This document shows, piece after piece, positions 18,221 to 27,411 of a stretch of 32,000 bases of DNA. The notes below the pieces were generated by a model. It saw only the letters and a program-made list of their open reading frames with translations, did not search any database and was not told the DNA's origin. A program made the translations under genes and the position numbers. Source of the DNA: Deltaproteobacteria bacterium (GTDB lineage Bacteria > SAR324 > XYD2-FULL-50-16); assembly GCA_018657625.1 (NCBI GenBank), contig JABHWU010000113.1, positions 10,101 to 42,100 on the forward strand. The letters run 5' to 3'. Numbering within the stretch: position 1 is the stretch's first letter; every line of letters begins with the position of its first letter.

Positions 18221-18706
18221 CTAACAACAATGAATCCAGCGCAAGTTCTTCACCCTGGTTGGTATAAAATTTATTGAGCAGATCATTAACCGACTACCCA
18301 ACGCTATGGCTTGTTTCATGTTGTGGGTAATCATTAACGTCGTTAATTTTTCTGATTCCACGATTTGAATAGTAAGGGCTAAAATTTGATTGGCTGTTTT
18401 GGGATCCAGGGCTGCAATATGTTCATCCAAAAGCATAACTTCCGGTCGTAGCATGGTTGCCATTAGCATTGTCAAAGCCTGACGTTGTCCACCTGACAAC
18501 AATCCGACAGGGTCCAATAAACGATCTTCTAAACCTAAACCGAGTTTTTGTAATTGTTCTTTAAAAAAAACGCGATCCTTGGCTTTGACGCCAATACCCA
18601 AACCTCGTTTTTTCCCACGTTTGTAAGCCAGAGCCAGATTTTGTTGGATACTGGCTGAAGGACAAGTTCCTAACAACGGGTCCTGAAATACCCTTGAGAT
18701 TAATTT
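18221..18706 (-). pseudogene. Truncated ABC transporter ATPase (putative Trp/Tyr uptake-type)
   Basis: Signature LLSGGQRQALTMLMATMLRPEVMLLDEHIAALDPKTANQIL, with in-frame upstream RVFQDPLLGTCPSASIQQNLALAY extending past the called Met. Walker A and the N-terminus are missing. The C-terminus breaks down after ITHNMKQAIALGSRLM. Confidence 0.85.
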
Positions 18707-18979
18707 AAAAATTGTAAAAATATATTTCTGTTGACAGAAACAATACCTATCCTACTTGACGACGTCCGGCCAACTTAATTCAGTGTTTGAAATCAGGGTA
18801 CACGTAACAGCCTGATCCTGTTATTTTATTGATGTGCTATAATGCGTACATGTCCCCCGATTTCAGCTAGATTAATTGCAACTGTTCATGGTTGACATGA
18901 CACTAGATACAGAATGCTTATTTAAAGTTTTTTGTAACTATTCAGCTCTTTTAAATTTTGCTTTTAAGAGACTCTGTAC

Positions 18980-19028
18980 ACTGAGCGAAGTTGAAGTGCT
19001 TTTGAGTAATACCTCGACTTCGCTCGGT
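18980..19028. repeat. Imperfect inverted repeat
   Basis: ACTGAGCGAAGTTGAAG ... CCTCGACTTCGCTCGGT, near-palindromic arms about 15 nt apart in a noncoding region. Confidence 0.6.
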
Positions 19029-19472
19029 AAACAGGAACATGGTTTAAGAGTAGTGATTCAAGAGTTAACTGAAAAGTTACTGTTTTATATTATTAAATTG
19101 GAAGGTGATCTGCATCGATATTTTAGGTCAAAAGATTGAGAAGAATCTGGTTTTTTTATCGATCAAAGATTTTGGATTTCTTTAAGTAGTGAACAAACAA
19201 GTGAGGAAAATATTATCTGAAACATTATCTCGCTTGAAAATAGTTAATAAAAACAAATTTGATTGCTTCATTTTCATGGATAAAGTATACAAAAAAATCA
19301 AGTATTAATTTACTAAAACTTTTCTTATTATCAAGGATGTGTTCTAAAATATAAAAATATCAATTTATAACAAAGGTCATTCTTAATAACAGATAATGAT
19401 CTGTTTTGATAATGAGGCAATTACATTGTTTGTTGCCAATATAAATTAAAAAACCTTTTCTGGGAGTAAAAA

Positions 19473-20420
19473 GTGAATATTGATAAGAATTTTGAAGATG
19501 CCTGTAGACTAGAGGCAAATTTTGACAGCCAGATTAGAAAACAGCTCTCCAGCGTTGTTGAAAATATCGTTGATGATAGCCTGGATAAAGATCACTTTAC
19601 ACATATTAATTATGATCCTTTTCCATCTGTAGAATCAGTTGCACGAATCATTAATATTCTAAAAGAGATAATTTATCCTGGATATTTTACCAGTGGTAAG
19701 TTAGATCCAACCAATTTAACTTATAGAATGGGACAGTCTGTCACTACTATTTTTGATTTATTATCAGAACAGATCAGCAATAGTATTCGTCATCACTGTT
19801 TTAGATATGGCCGGCAGTGTTCAGATTGTCATGAAGAGTCACAAACTAAGACATTAAAATTATTGGAAGCTATTCCGGAGTTGCGGAGAATTTTATCTAA
19901 CGATGTTCGTGCGATATACAAAGGTGATCCAGCTGCTAATGGATATGATGAAATTATATTTAGTTATCCCGGGTTGTTGGCCATCACAATATTTAGAATC
20001 GCCCACATCCTGTATCAATTGGATGTGCCTATCTTACCACGGACGATGACTGAGTATGCGCATAGTATTACCGGTATTGATATTCATCCCGGAGCCGATA
20101 TTGAAGAGAGTTTTTTTATTGATCACGGTACAGGTATTGTTATCGGTGAAACGACCAAAATAGGAAAGCATGTCAGAATTTATCAGGGGGTAACATTAGG
20201 TGCTTTATCGTTACCAGAGGATGCCGGAGAAAGAATGAAAGGTGTTAAAAGGCATCCAACTATTGAAGATAATGTTATTATTTATTCCGGGGCTACTATT
20301 TTAGGTGGAGATACTACCATTGGTACAGGGTCTATTATTGGTGGTAATGTCTGGATTACAAAATCTATTAAACCGGGTACTAAAGTACAACTTGAGTCTC
20401 CGAATCTAATTTTTAAATAA
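19473..20420 (+). CDS. cysE: Serine O-acetyltransferase (GTG start)
   Basis: 315 aa. SITGIDIHPGADIEESFFIDHGTGIVIGETTKIGKHVRIYQGVTLGA and left-handed beta-helix hexapeptide repeats of the CysE/EpsC type; RBS-like GGGAG upstream. Confidence 0.9.
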   Translation: MNIDKNFEDACRLEANFDSQIRKQLSSVVENIVDDSLDKDHFTHINYDPFPSVESVARIINILKEIIYPGYFTSGKLDPTNLTYRMGQSVTTIFDLLSEQISNSIRHHCFRYGRQCSDCHEESQTKTLKLLEAIPELRRILSNDVRAIYKGDPAANGYDEIIFSYPGLLAITIFRIAHILYQLDVPILPRTMTEYAHSITGIDIHPGADIEESFFIDHGTGIVIGETTKIGKHVRIYQGVTLGALSLPEDAGERMKGVKRHPTIEDNVIIYSGATILGGDTTIGTGSIIGGNVWITKSIKPGTKVQLESPNLIFK

Positions 20421-20564
20421 GGTTTTTCTTATTTCAATGCTTGATCATCATCTTTACCATCAAAAGCTGTAAACTATTGCGCACATACCACTTTCCTGGT
20501 AACATCAGGGAATTATCGTCATATTTTATTCTATCTTCTATCAATTTTTAAAGTGTGAAAAAAC

Positions 20565-22856
20565 ATGAAAGATCTTTCTATCAGCTTAAAAGCCAAGATA
20601 ACATTTATCACAGCAATTATTATTGCCGGTGGATTGGTTTCCTTGACCTTATATTATCTTCATTCGTCCCGATTTGATGCTGAAGTTATTAGTTTGTTAG
20701 AACGACAAAATATCCTTAGTCAAAAGATGGCTAAATCGGCCTTAGGTTTTGGATTCACAAAAAATGAGATTGGAAATAAAACGGTAATTGCCAGGGAGTT
20801 GGATCAGACAAAAGAACTCTTTTATAGTAGTCTGATGGCGTTTAAAAAGGGTGGTCGATATAATACCGATTCAAATTCGTCGGTTTATAAAGAATTACCT
20901 GGTGTCACCGATCAACAAAATTTGGATAAAATAAATGAAATAGAAGCACAATATAAAGACTTAATAAAGCATATAGATCATTTTTTAAAGGGGAATACGT
21001 CTGCCAATAGAGTGAATGCATTGGTTACTGAAGCTAACAAACTGAGCAAACTAAGTAATGATCTGGTTTTGATAATTAAAAATCAGGGTGAGCTAAGATA
21101 TGATATTATCTATACCATGACCTGGATAACTGGTGTGTTTATTTTAGGATTGATTGGTATTTTTTGGTATTTTTTGGGAGTTTTTGTAGTCAAACCAGTA
21201 AAAGTAGTCTTGAAATTCATAAATACGATGAAGACCGGCGATCTGGATACCCGATTTAAATCAGAGCGAAATGATGAGTTTGGTCAGATTATTATGGCCA
21301 TTAATCAGTTGGGTGATACCTTGAAGCATACCATTGGGGAAATTATTGGAAATACAGAAACGATTAATGCCCTGCTACTTACCTTGAGCGATTCATCCCA
21401 GTTTTTATTTGAATCTACAGAAACAGTTTCAAGTCAATCCAACACAATAACCAAGGATTCAGGAAAAATAACTGCGAATATGGATACTGTTGCTTCTTCA
21501 GCTGATAAAGCATCTAACAATGTCCAAATGATATCTTCTACTATTGAACAACTGAGTTCAAATATGGATGCTATTGCAGCTTCTGCCGAAGAAATGTCTG
21601 TTAATATGGGAAGTGTCAGCGATAATATGTCTAGCGTTTCTACCCAGGTTGAAACAGTAACTTCCTCAGTAAACCAAATGTCAGATTCATTAAAAAATAT
21701 TTCTGAAAGTACATCCAAAGCATTGGAAATATCTGAAGAAGCCTCTCATAACTCCCAGGAAAATCTGAAAGCAATGAGCCAATTGAATCACCTTACACAG
21801 CAAATTGATGATGTACTGGTGATTATTGATAAATTGGCAGGACAAACAAATATGCTGGCTTTAAATGCCACCATTGAAGCCGCAGGTGCCGGTGAAGCCG
21901 GAAAAGGATTTGCGGTGGTTGCTTCTGAAGTAAAACAACTTTCTAAACAAACCGGTGAAGCCAGTAATAAAATATCAGAACAAATAGATACGATTCAACA
22001 ACATGTCCAAATTTCGATGAAGCATACTGAAGATGTGGGTAAAGTAATTAATGAAATTACGGATATTAATAAAAGTATTTCCGGTTTAGTAAAGGAACAG
22101 AACATAAATTCTGAGCAAATTGTAAAATCAATTGATGAAGTAAGTAATGCTGCTAAAGACTCCTCCGTGAATGTTACAGAGGCCGCAATTGGTGTTCAAG
22201 ATATTACCCGCTCCACAAATGAAGCTTCACTGGGAGCCAAAGATGCTGCCCGTAGTAGTAGTGATGCCGCCACGGGTGTTGCTGATATTGCAACATCCAG
22301 TGCTACTTCTGCTGAAAGTATACGGAATATTGATAATGCCATTAATGCCATTAATTTTTCTATTAGCGAAGCAGGAGGAGCTGCTAAAAATACCATGGAA
22401 AGTGTTGGAAAGTTCACCGAAATGGCTAAAAACCTGAAACGATCAGTCGAGTTTTTCTCCAAAGGTGGGTCCACCTTCTTTTATTGGTTTGATCAATTAG
22501 ACGTTGGACATAGCGAGCTTAACGAGCAACATAAAGAGATCATAAAGTATATCAATATCCTGGCCAAAGCACATCAAACTCAACAAACAGATAAAGTCTC
22601 TGAAGACCTGACAGCTTTGATCAAAATCACTACAGAACATTTTAATAGTGAAGAAAAACTGTACCTGACCAGCGATTATCCGGATAAAGAACTCCATTCA
22701 GAAAAGCATAATGAGATTTTGCAGCAGTTAGGGGATTTTCAAAATGAATTTGAGAAGGGAAATCGTAAGGTGGATCATGATTTTCTGGAATTTATCAAAG
22801 AATGGCTTCAAGTACATATCATGAGCATTGATAAAAGTTACCGTAATTTCATCTAA
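20565..22856 (+). CDS. Methyl-accepting chemotaxis protein with PilJ-like sensor, HAMP and C-terminal bacteriohemerythrin domain
   Basis: Signalling tip [32 protein letters not shown]-terminal [41 protein letters not shown] are hemerythrin ligand motifs. N-terminal [15 protein letters not shown] is PilJ-like. Confidence 0.9.
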   Translation: MKDLSISLKAKITFITAIIIAGGLVSLTLYYLHSSRFDAEVISLLERQNILSQKMAKSALGFGFTKNEIGNKTVIARELDQTKELFYSSLMAFKKGGRYNTDSNSSVYKELPGVTDQQNLDKINEIEAQYKDLIKHIDHFLKGNTSANRVNALVTEANKLSKLSNDLVLIIKNQGELRYDIIYTMTWITGVFILGLIGIFWYFLGVFVVKPVKVVLKFINTMKTGDLDTRFKSERNDEFGQIIMAINQLGDTLKHTIGEIIGNTETINALLLTLSDSSQFLFESTETVSSQSNTITKDSGKITANMDTVASSADKASNNVQMISSTIEQLSSNMDAIAASAEEMSVNMGSVSDNMSSVSTQVETVTSSVNQMSDSLKNISESTSKALEISEEASHNSQENLKAMSQLNHLTQQIDDVLVIIDKLAGQTNMLALNATIEAAGAGEAGKGFAVVASEVKQLSKQTGEASNKISEQIDTIQQHVQISMKHTEDVGKVINEITDINKSISGLVKEQNINSEQIVKSIDEVSNAAKDSSVNVTEAAIGVQDITRSTNEASLGAKDAARSSSDAATGVADIATSSATSAESIRNIDNAINAINFSISEAGGAAKNTMESVGKFTEMAKNLKRSVEFFSKGGSTFFYWFDQLDVGHSELNEQHKEIIKYINILAKAHQTQQTDKVSEDLTALIKITTEHFNSEEKLYLTSDYPDKELHSEKHNEILQQLGDFQNEFEKGNRKVDHDFLEFIKEWLQVHIMSIDKSYRNFI

Positions 22857-23136
22857 CTTAAAAAAAGCTGTGGTTTAGTCTACAGCTCTCCTTACAAAGT
22901 CCTCCTTCGTCTTCTCTCGATTCGTTACCTGAATCAGCATTTTTCAATTCTGATGATCTATTGCCGATCTCGATGATGTGGTCAGTATTTTGAGCACTAA
23001 TGTTTGCCAATGAATGATAAATGTTTTAAAAAGATGCCACTTTACGAAAAAATGTTATTTGTCAAAATGATAAAGCTGTTGAAAATTAATCATGTAATAC
23101 CACCTGTTTTTAAAAATTCTGATTGAAAGGAAATAT

Positions 23137-23631
23137 ATGAAAGATCAATGCCCATGCGGATCGAAAGAACAATATGAAACCTGTTGTCAAAAATTTATAA
23201 ATGGATCAGCGATTCCCGGCACAGCTGAACAGATGATGCGTTCTCGATATTCAGCTTATACGCGTCAGGAAATTGATTATATCGAGAAGACAACACACCC
23301 TGAAAGTCTGAAACAATTTGATAAGGAAAGTACTACTAAGTGGGCAAAAGATTCTCAATGGTTGGGGCTGGAAATTATTTCATCTAAAGAAGGACAGGAA
23401 AATGATGACGTTGGAGAAATTGAGTTTAAAGCCAACTATATCGAAAATAAAGTCACCCGCACGCATCATGAGTTTTCCATTTTTAAAAAACATGAAGGTA
23501 GTTGGTACTTCCACACGGGAGATAAAGCGCCTCAAAAACCAGTTGTTAATACTGGTGCCAAAATCGGTAGAAATGATCCATGTCCTTGTGGTAGTGGCAA
23601 AAAATATAAAAAATGTTGTGCAAAAAAATAA
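23137..23631 (+). CDS. YchJ-family protein with SEC-C zinc motifs at both ends
   Basis: N-terminal [17 protein letters not shown]-terminal [17 protein letters not shown], central [21 protein letters not shown]. Confidence 0.9.
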   Translation: MKDQCPCGSKEQYETCCQKFINGSAIPGTAEQMMRSRYSAYTRQEIDYIEKTTHPESLKQFDKESTTKWAKDSQWLGLEIISSKEGQENDDVGEIEFKANYIENKVTRTHHEFSIFKKHEGSWYFHTGDKAPQKPVVNTGAKIGRNDPCPCGSGKKYKKCCAKK

Positions 23632-23652
23632 TATTGATTGGGCTGTTCAGCA

Positions 23653-24732
23653 ATGTTGCCAAAGCAAACCACTGTGTTTCAAACTAAACTACTCGTCTGG
23701 TATAGTAAGCACAAAAGAGTTTTACCCTGGCGTTTAACGAATGATCCATACCTGATATGGATTTCCGAAGTAATGTTACAGCAAACCCAGGTCATAACAG
23801 TAATTCCCTATTATCAGAAATTTGTTGAAACTTTTCCTTCGGTTTATGAATTGGCCAACTCAGAGCTTCAACAGCTTTTAAAACTGTGGCAAGGGTTAGG
23901 ATATTACAGCCGTGCCAGGAATTTACATAAGGCGGCCAAGTCAATCGTCGATGAGCATCAGGGACAATTCCCTAAAACATACCATGAAATCAGTCAGCTT
24001 TCAGGGGTTGGTCCCTATATCGCGGCAGCAGTTTCCAGTATTGCATTTCAACTGTCATATGCTGTTGTTGATGGTAATGTAAAACGTGTACTATCGCGAT
24101 TATTTTGTTGTGATTTACCCGTCAATGATTCAAAAAGCAATAAGCAATATCAGACCAAAGCTGATGCGCTATTATATATCGATAAATCAGGTGATTATAA
24201 TCAGGCGATAATGGAATTGGGTGCTTTAATTTGTAAACCCCAAAAACCTGATTGTGTTCGATGTCCAGTTTTAGAAGTTTGCCAGGGCTATGATAAAATG
24301 CAAACCAATATATATCCTTTTAAATTGATCAAAAAGAAATCTAAAACCAGGGAAAGGCTTAGCTTTATTGTAGAAAACAAGGGCCGGTTATTAATGTCTC
24401 AAAATAAAGAAACAGGACTTTTAGGGGGGCTGTGGGCGTTTCCCCAGTTTGAAAAAAAGAACAATGAATCCCAGGAAAATATATTGCATCAATTAATATC
24501 GGAGGCCTCTGGTGGGCAGGAATTCGTCTCAATTAAGTTAATGTCCGTGAAGCATATTTATACTCATTTTAAAGAAGATATTCTGCCTGTGGTGATTAAA
24601 ATAAAGGGTGATATTACCTTAATCCCTCAACAGGAGTCCTTGATATGGGTGACATTGACCCAATTAAAAAAACTTCCGATTACAGGTGCCTGTCAGAAAA
24701 TATTACATCTCTATCAGGAATACAAATCATAA
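23653..24732 (+). CDS. mutY: A/G-specific adenine glycosylase
   Basis: LPWRLTNDPYLIWISEVMLQQTQV, GLGYYSRARNLHKAA, GVGPYIAAAVSSIAF, Fe-S C-x6-C-x2-C-x5-C (CKPQKPDCVRCPVLEVC) and a NUDIX-like C-terminal domain. ATG at 23653 preferred over TTG at 23638. Confidence 0.93.
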   Translation: MLPKQTTVFQTKLLVWYSKHKRVLPWRLTNDPYLIWISEVMLQQTQVITVIPYYQKFVETFPSVYELANSELQQLLKLWQGLGYYSRARNLHKAAKSIVDEHQGQFPKTYHEISQLSGVGPYIAAAVSSIAFQLSYAVVDGNVKRVLSRLFCCDLPVNDSKSNKQYQTKADALLYIDKSGDYNQAIMELGALICKPQKPDCVRCPVLEVCQGYDKMQTNIYPFKLIKKKSKTRERLSFIVENKGRLLMSQNKETGLLGGLWAFPQFEKKNNESQENILHQLISEASGGQEFVSIKLMSVKHIYTHFKEDILPVVIKIKGDITLIPQQESLIWVTLTQLKKLPITGACQKILHLYQEYKS

Positions 24733-24736
24733 GGAT

Positions 24737-24775
24737 GAGATAAGATCTCTCTTCGCAAGCTCATCGAGATGACAA
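24737..24775. repeat. Interspersed repeat copy 1
   Basis: GAGATAAGATCTCTCTTCGCAAGCTCATCGAGATGACA, similar to the copy at 25965-26003. Confidence 0.45.
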
Positions 24776-24907
24776 AATTTGGTGACGCTGGAATGTTGAC
24801 ACGCCACTAATGCTTTTAATATGGAGAGATTTGCTTGAAAGTTCTAATCTTTAAGCAAATCACGGTTAACTGATTTGGGAATATCCGAATTGGCACTAGA
24901 TCAAATA

Positions 24908-25246
24908 TTAAGCGAAATCTATTTCAGATTTCCAAAGCCCATGTTTGTTGCATCTGGCCAAGGCTCCAATTTTACAAGCTCGGTTTGCATTAATGATAAA
25001 CTCGGCCGTTGGATCAGAGATGACTGCTGAAAATTCTGAACGGGCGATGAATAATCCGTTTATCTGTAGTTCGACCCACTGAATCCAATGATCGTCTGCG
25101 TTGGGATGCTTACCACCACCGACATCTACTTTCACCTTTATTTTTTCGGGTGATAATTTTTCTACTGTAATGAGAGGCAAATGCTTTTCATTGGTAACGG
25201 CTTCATTTGAATTTTCAGCGGTATTTAATTGATCAAATAGTGTCAT
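24908..25246 (-). CDS. Superoxide reductase (neelaredoxin/desulfoferrodoxin C-terminal-type)
   Basis: 112 aa. NEKHLPLITV, GKHPNADDHWIQWVEL and CNKHGLWKSE provide the Cys/His iron-site ligands. Confidence 0.88.
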   Translation of the reverse strand: MTLFDQLNTAENSNEAVTNEKHLPLITVEKLSPEKIKVKVDVGGGKHPNADDHWIQWVELQINGLFIARSEFSAVISDPTAEFIINANRACKIGALARCNKHGLWKSEIDFA

Positions 25247-25333
25247 TTAAGATCTCCTTATTTAGCTTTGACAGTATTAATTAGAATATCAGTTAATTGT
25301 AATTAATTAATAATATTATAAACAACCTTTTTC

Positions 25334-25876
25334 TTAAAAAATTCTTTTTTGATAACTATTATTGTTATCACTATTGAAATCAGAGTCAAAATAATCATTG
25401 ATGACCGGGTTAATGACATCCATTGAAAACCCACGCTGGAATAATATTCGGCTGGCTTTTTGTTTTTGTTGATATAAATCCTTCCCTTTTATCAAATGGC
25501 GTTTTTTCGAGAGATAGTCCAATGCGATTTGATATTCAGATATTTCTTTATCGTCAAAAAAAAGCTCTATTTGCTCATTAATGATCTCTGTATCAATGCC
25601 TTTCTTTTTAAGTTCCTGAATACATTTAATTTTACCATAAAATTTTCTGGAAGCGCAGCTTTTTAACCATCGAATAGTATAAGATTGATCATCAATAAAG
25701 TCATAATTTTTCCCAAATTCAATAACCTGATCTACGATATCTTCATTGTAATCGCTGCGCCTAAGTTTTTGGCGTATTTCATAGCTTGTTTTAGCAGATC
25801 TTGAAACCAGATGCATTAAGTAGCTTTTACCCCGTTGAAACGTTTTTGGTGATTGCTCTTTTTGTTTGTTAATCAT
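25334..25876 (-). CDS. recX: Regulatory protein RecX
   Basis: 180 aa. YLMHLVSRSAKTSYEIRQKLRR, ARSYTIRWLKS-like DDQSYTIRWLKSCASRKFYGKIKCIQELKKKGID, then repeated three-helix motifs. Confidence 0.85.
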   Translation of the reverse strand: MINKQKEQSPKTFQRGKSYLMHLVSRSAKTSYEIRQKLRRSDYNEDIVDQVIEFGKNYDFIDDQSYTIRWLKSCASRKFYGKIKCIQELKKKGIDTEIINEQIELFFDDKEISEYQIALDYLSKKRHLIKGKDLYQQKQKASRILFQRGFSMDVINPVINDYFDSDFNSDNNNSYQKRIF

Positions 25877-25964
25877 GGGTGATCAAATGTGATGAATTCA
25901 GGATGACTGCTTATTGTCGTGATTATGGTTTGATGCTGGCTGGTAAGTCAAATATTATCGATTG

Positions 25965-26003
25965 AGATAAAAAAGATCTCTCCCCATTCTTCGTCGAGAT
26001 GAC
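25965..26003. repeat. Interspersed repeat copy 2
   Basis: GAGATAAAAAAGATCTCTCCCCATTCTTCGTCGAGATGACA, related to the copy at 24737-24775 in the same orientation. Confidence 0.45.
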
Positions 26004-26223
26004 ACAGCATTGGGTTCATTGTAAAGATTCCATCACAATGCTTGACTGTGTTGAATGGAATGCCTTAAGTTGCCTTTCAGTCGATATCGCTTAGCTTTTG
26101 ATAATTTTCAGAGAGATGTAACCGGTAGTGATTTATATTTAACGGTTCCATCAGTTCCTAATCGAATATTAGAGAGCGGTTTTAACCGAAGAACCTTGCT
26201 CTTTTCAGGGAGGAGCGTAGAGC

Positions 26224-27399
26224 CTATTGAATCAATGCTAAAGTTTTTGATACAACCTCTAATTGGAGGCTGATGCCATTCGCTGCCAGTATATTCTTGA
26301 TTTCAACATCTGTAATACCGGGGATATCATATACTATCGTGACGATTCTTTGAACGGTCCCGATCTCTAATCCTTTTTCTAGATCATTGACTGGTTTCAA
26401 ATCCGGGAATATTTCCAGCAATGCACGATGTGTTACTGATACTATTTTATTTTTAAGATCTTGTTGACCGCTTATAGCCTGTTGATTTTTATTTTCTAAA
26501 TGTTTGATATTATTTTTTAATTGCTGATTTTTATTTTCTAAATGTTTGATATTATTTTTTAATTGCTGATTTTTGTTTTCCACCTGTTTAATGGTATCAT
26601 TTAATTGTTGAACTTCCTTTTTTAATTGTTGAACTTCTTTGTTTAATTGTTGAACTTCCTTTTTTAATTGTTGAACTTCTTTGTTTAATTGTTGAACTTC
26701 CTTTTTTAATTGTTGAACTTCTTTGTTTAATTGTCGAATTTCCTTTTTTAATTGTTGAACTTCCTTGTTTAACTGTTGAACTTCCTTGTTTAATTGTCGA
26801 ATTTCCTTGTTTAATTGTCGAATTTCATCATTTAACTGACGGATGTGTGCTTTTTTTAGAGCCAACAAGTGGTATATAGATTTTGGATTTGATTGATCAA
26901 TATCGCTTAAAGAGCCTGAAAGTGCTTTTTGTATTTTTTGGGTGAGTTCTGTTTCATTTAAATAGTCACCTTTAATGCGGATTAATACTTTGTTTTTTAC
27001 CAATTTGAAATTGTATTTCAGATGATCACTGTCGGTAAATAAAAATCCGGCAGGGATGGCCGGTTTTAAATCAATACTATCTTGTTGAAAAGAATCGATA
27101 ATAACAATAATACTAATCAAATTTTGTTGAATATTAAAATGTAGATTTTGAATACCGATGTTTTGCCATGAATGAAATAGTTTGTTTAATTCAATGATTC
27201 TCGGGAACTGTTTCTCTTCATATTGATGCTGATATTTTATGGTTAATAAATAACCATCCGGGTCCGTTAACTCAATATGTTTATTGGCGGTATTAATAGT
27301 CTGTTCTAAGACGTTAAATCCATATTTTGGCCAATTATAAGCTGCAAAAACAGAGAACGGTAACAAACAGAAAAGAATCATTGAAATCAGTTTTTTCAT
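26224..27399 (-). CDS. Exported coiled-coil heptad-repeat protein
   Basis: Signal peptide MKKLISMILFCLLPFSVFA, N-terminal globular domain, about 18 consecutive heptads (LNKEVQQ/LKKEVQQ/LENKNQQ), and a C-terminal domain of about 70 aa. Confidence 0.8.
   Translation of the reverse strand: MKKLISMILFCLLPFSVFAAYNWPKYGFNVLEQTINTANKHIELTDPDGYLLTIKYQHQYEEKQFPRIIELNKLFHSWQNIGIQNLHFNIQQNLISIIVIIDSFQQDSIDLKPAIPAGFLFTDSDHLKYNFKLVKNKVLIRIKGDYLNETELTQKIQKALSGSLSDIDQSNPKSIYHLLALKKAHIRQLNDEIRQLNKEIRQLNKEVQQLNKEVQQLKKEIRQLNKEVQQLKKEVQQLNKEVQQLKKEVQQLNKEVQQLKKEVQQLNDTIKQVENKNQQLKNNIKHLENKNQQLKNNIKHLENKNQQAISGQQDLKNKIVSVTHRALLEIFPDLKPVNDLEKGLEIGTVQRIVTIVYDIPGITDVEIKNILAANGISLQLEVVSKTLALIQ
26476..26846 (-). 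repeat. In-frame 21-bp/42-bp tandem repeats encoding heptads
   Basis: Recurring unit TTGTTGAACTTC(C/T)TT(T/G)TTTAA on the + strand, plus a 42-bp unit encoding NQQLKNNIKHLENK. Confidence 0.85.
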
Positions 27400-27411
27400 T
27401 TGGATTACCTA

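Noticed and set aside
18876-19139. 87-aa ORF in the intergenic region
   Set aside because: It spans an inverted repeat, has no recognisable motif, and is likely translation of noncoding repeat sequence.
21434-22697. ORFs 21434, 22171, 22196 and 22497 within the MCP gene
   Set aside because: They are antisense or alternate-frame artefacts of the repetitive MCP coiled-coil coding sequence.
23318-23737. 139-aa alternate-frame ORF across ychJ and mutY
   Set aside because: It is a frame-shifted shadow of the YchJ-family gene; its last residues are simply mutY in another start context.
26055-26273. 72-aa plus-strand ORF between recX and the heptad protein
   Set aside because: It overlaps the 3' end of the heptad-repeat gene on the opposite strand and covers intergenic sequence; no motif support.
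26476-26846. Regular short repeats considered as a CRISPR array
   Set aside because: The units are contiguous with no unique spacers, stay in frame and encode heptads, so this is a coding tandem repeat.
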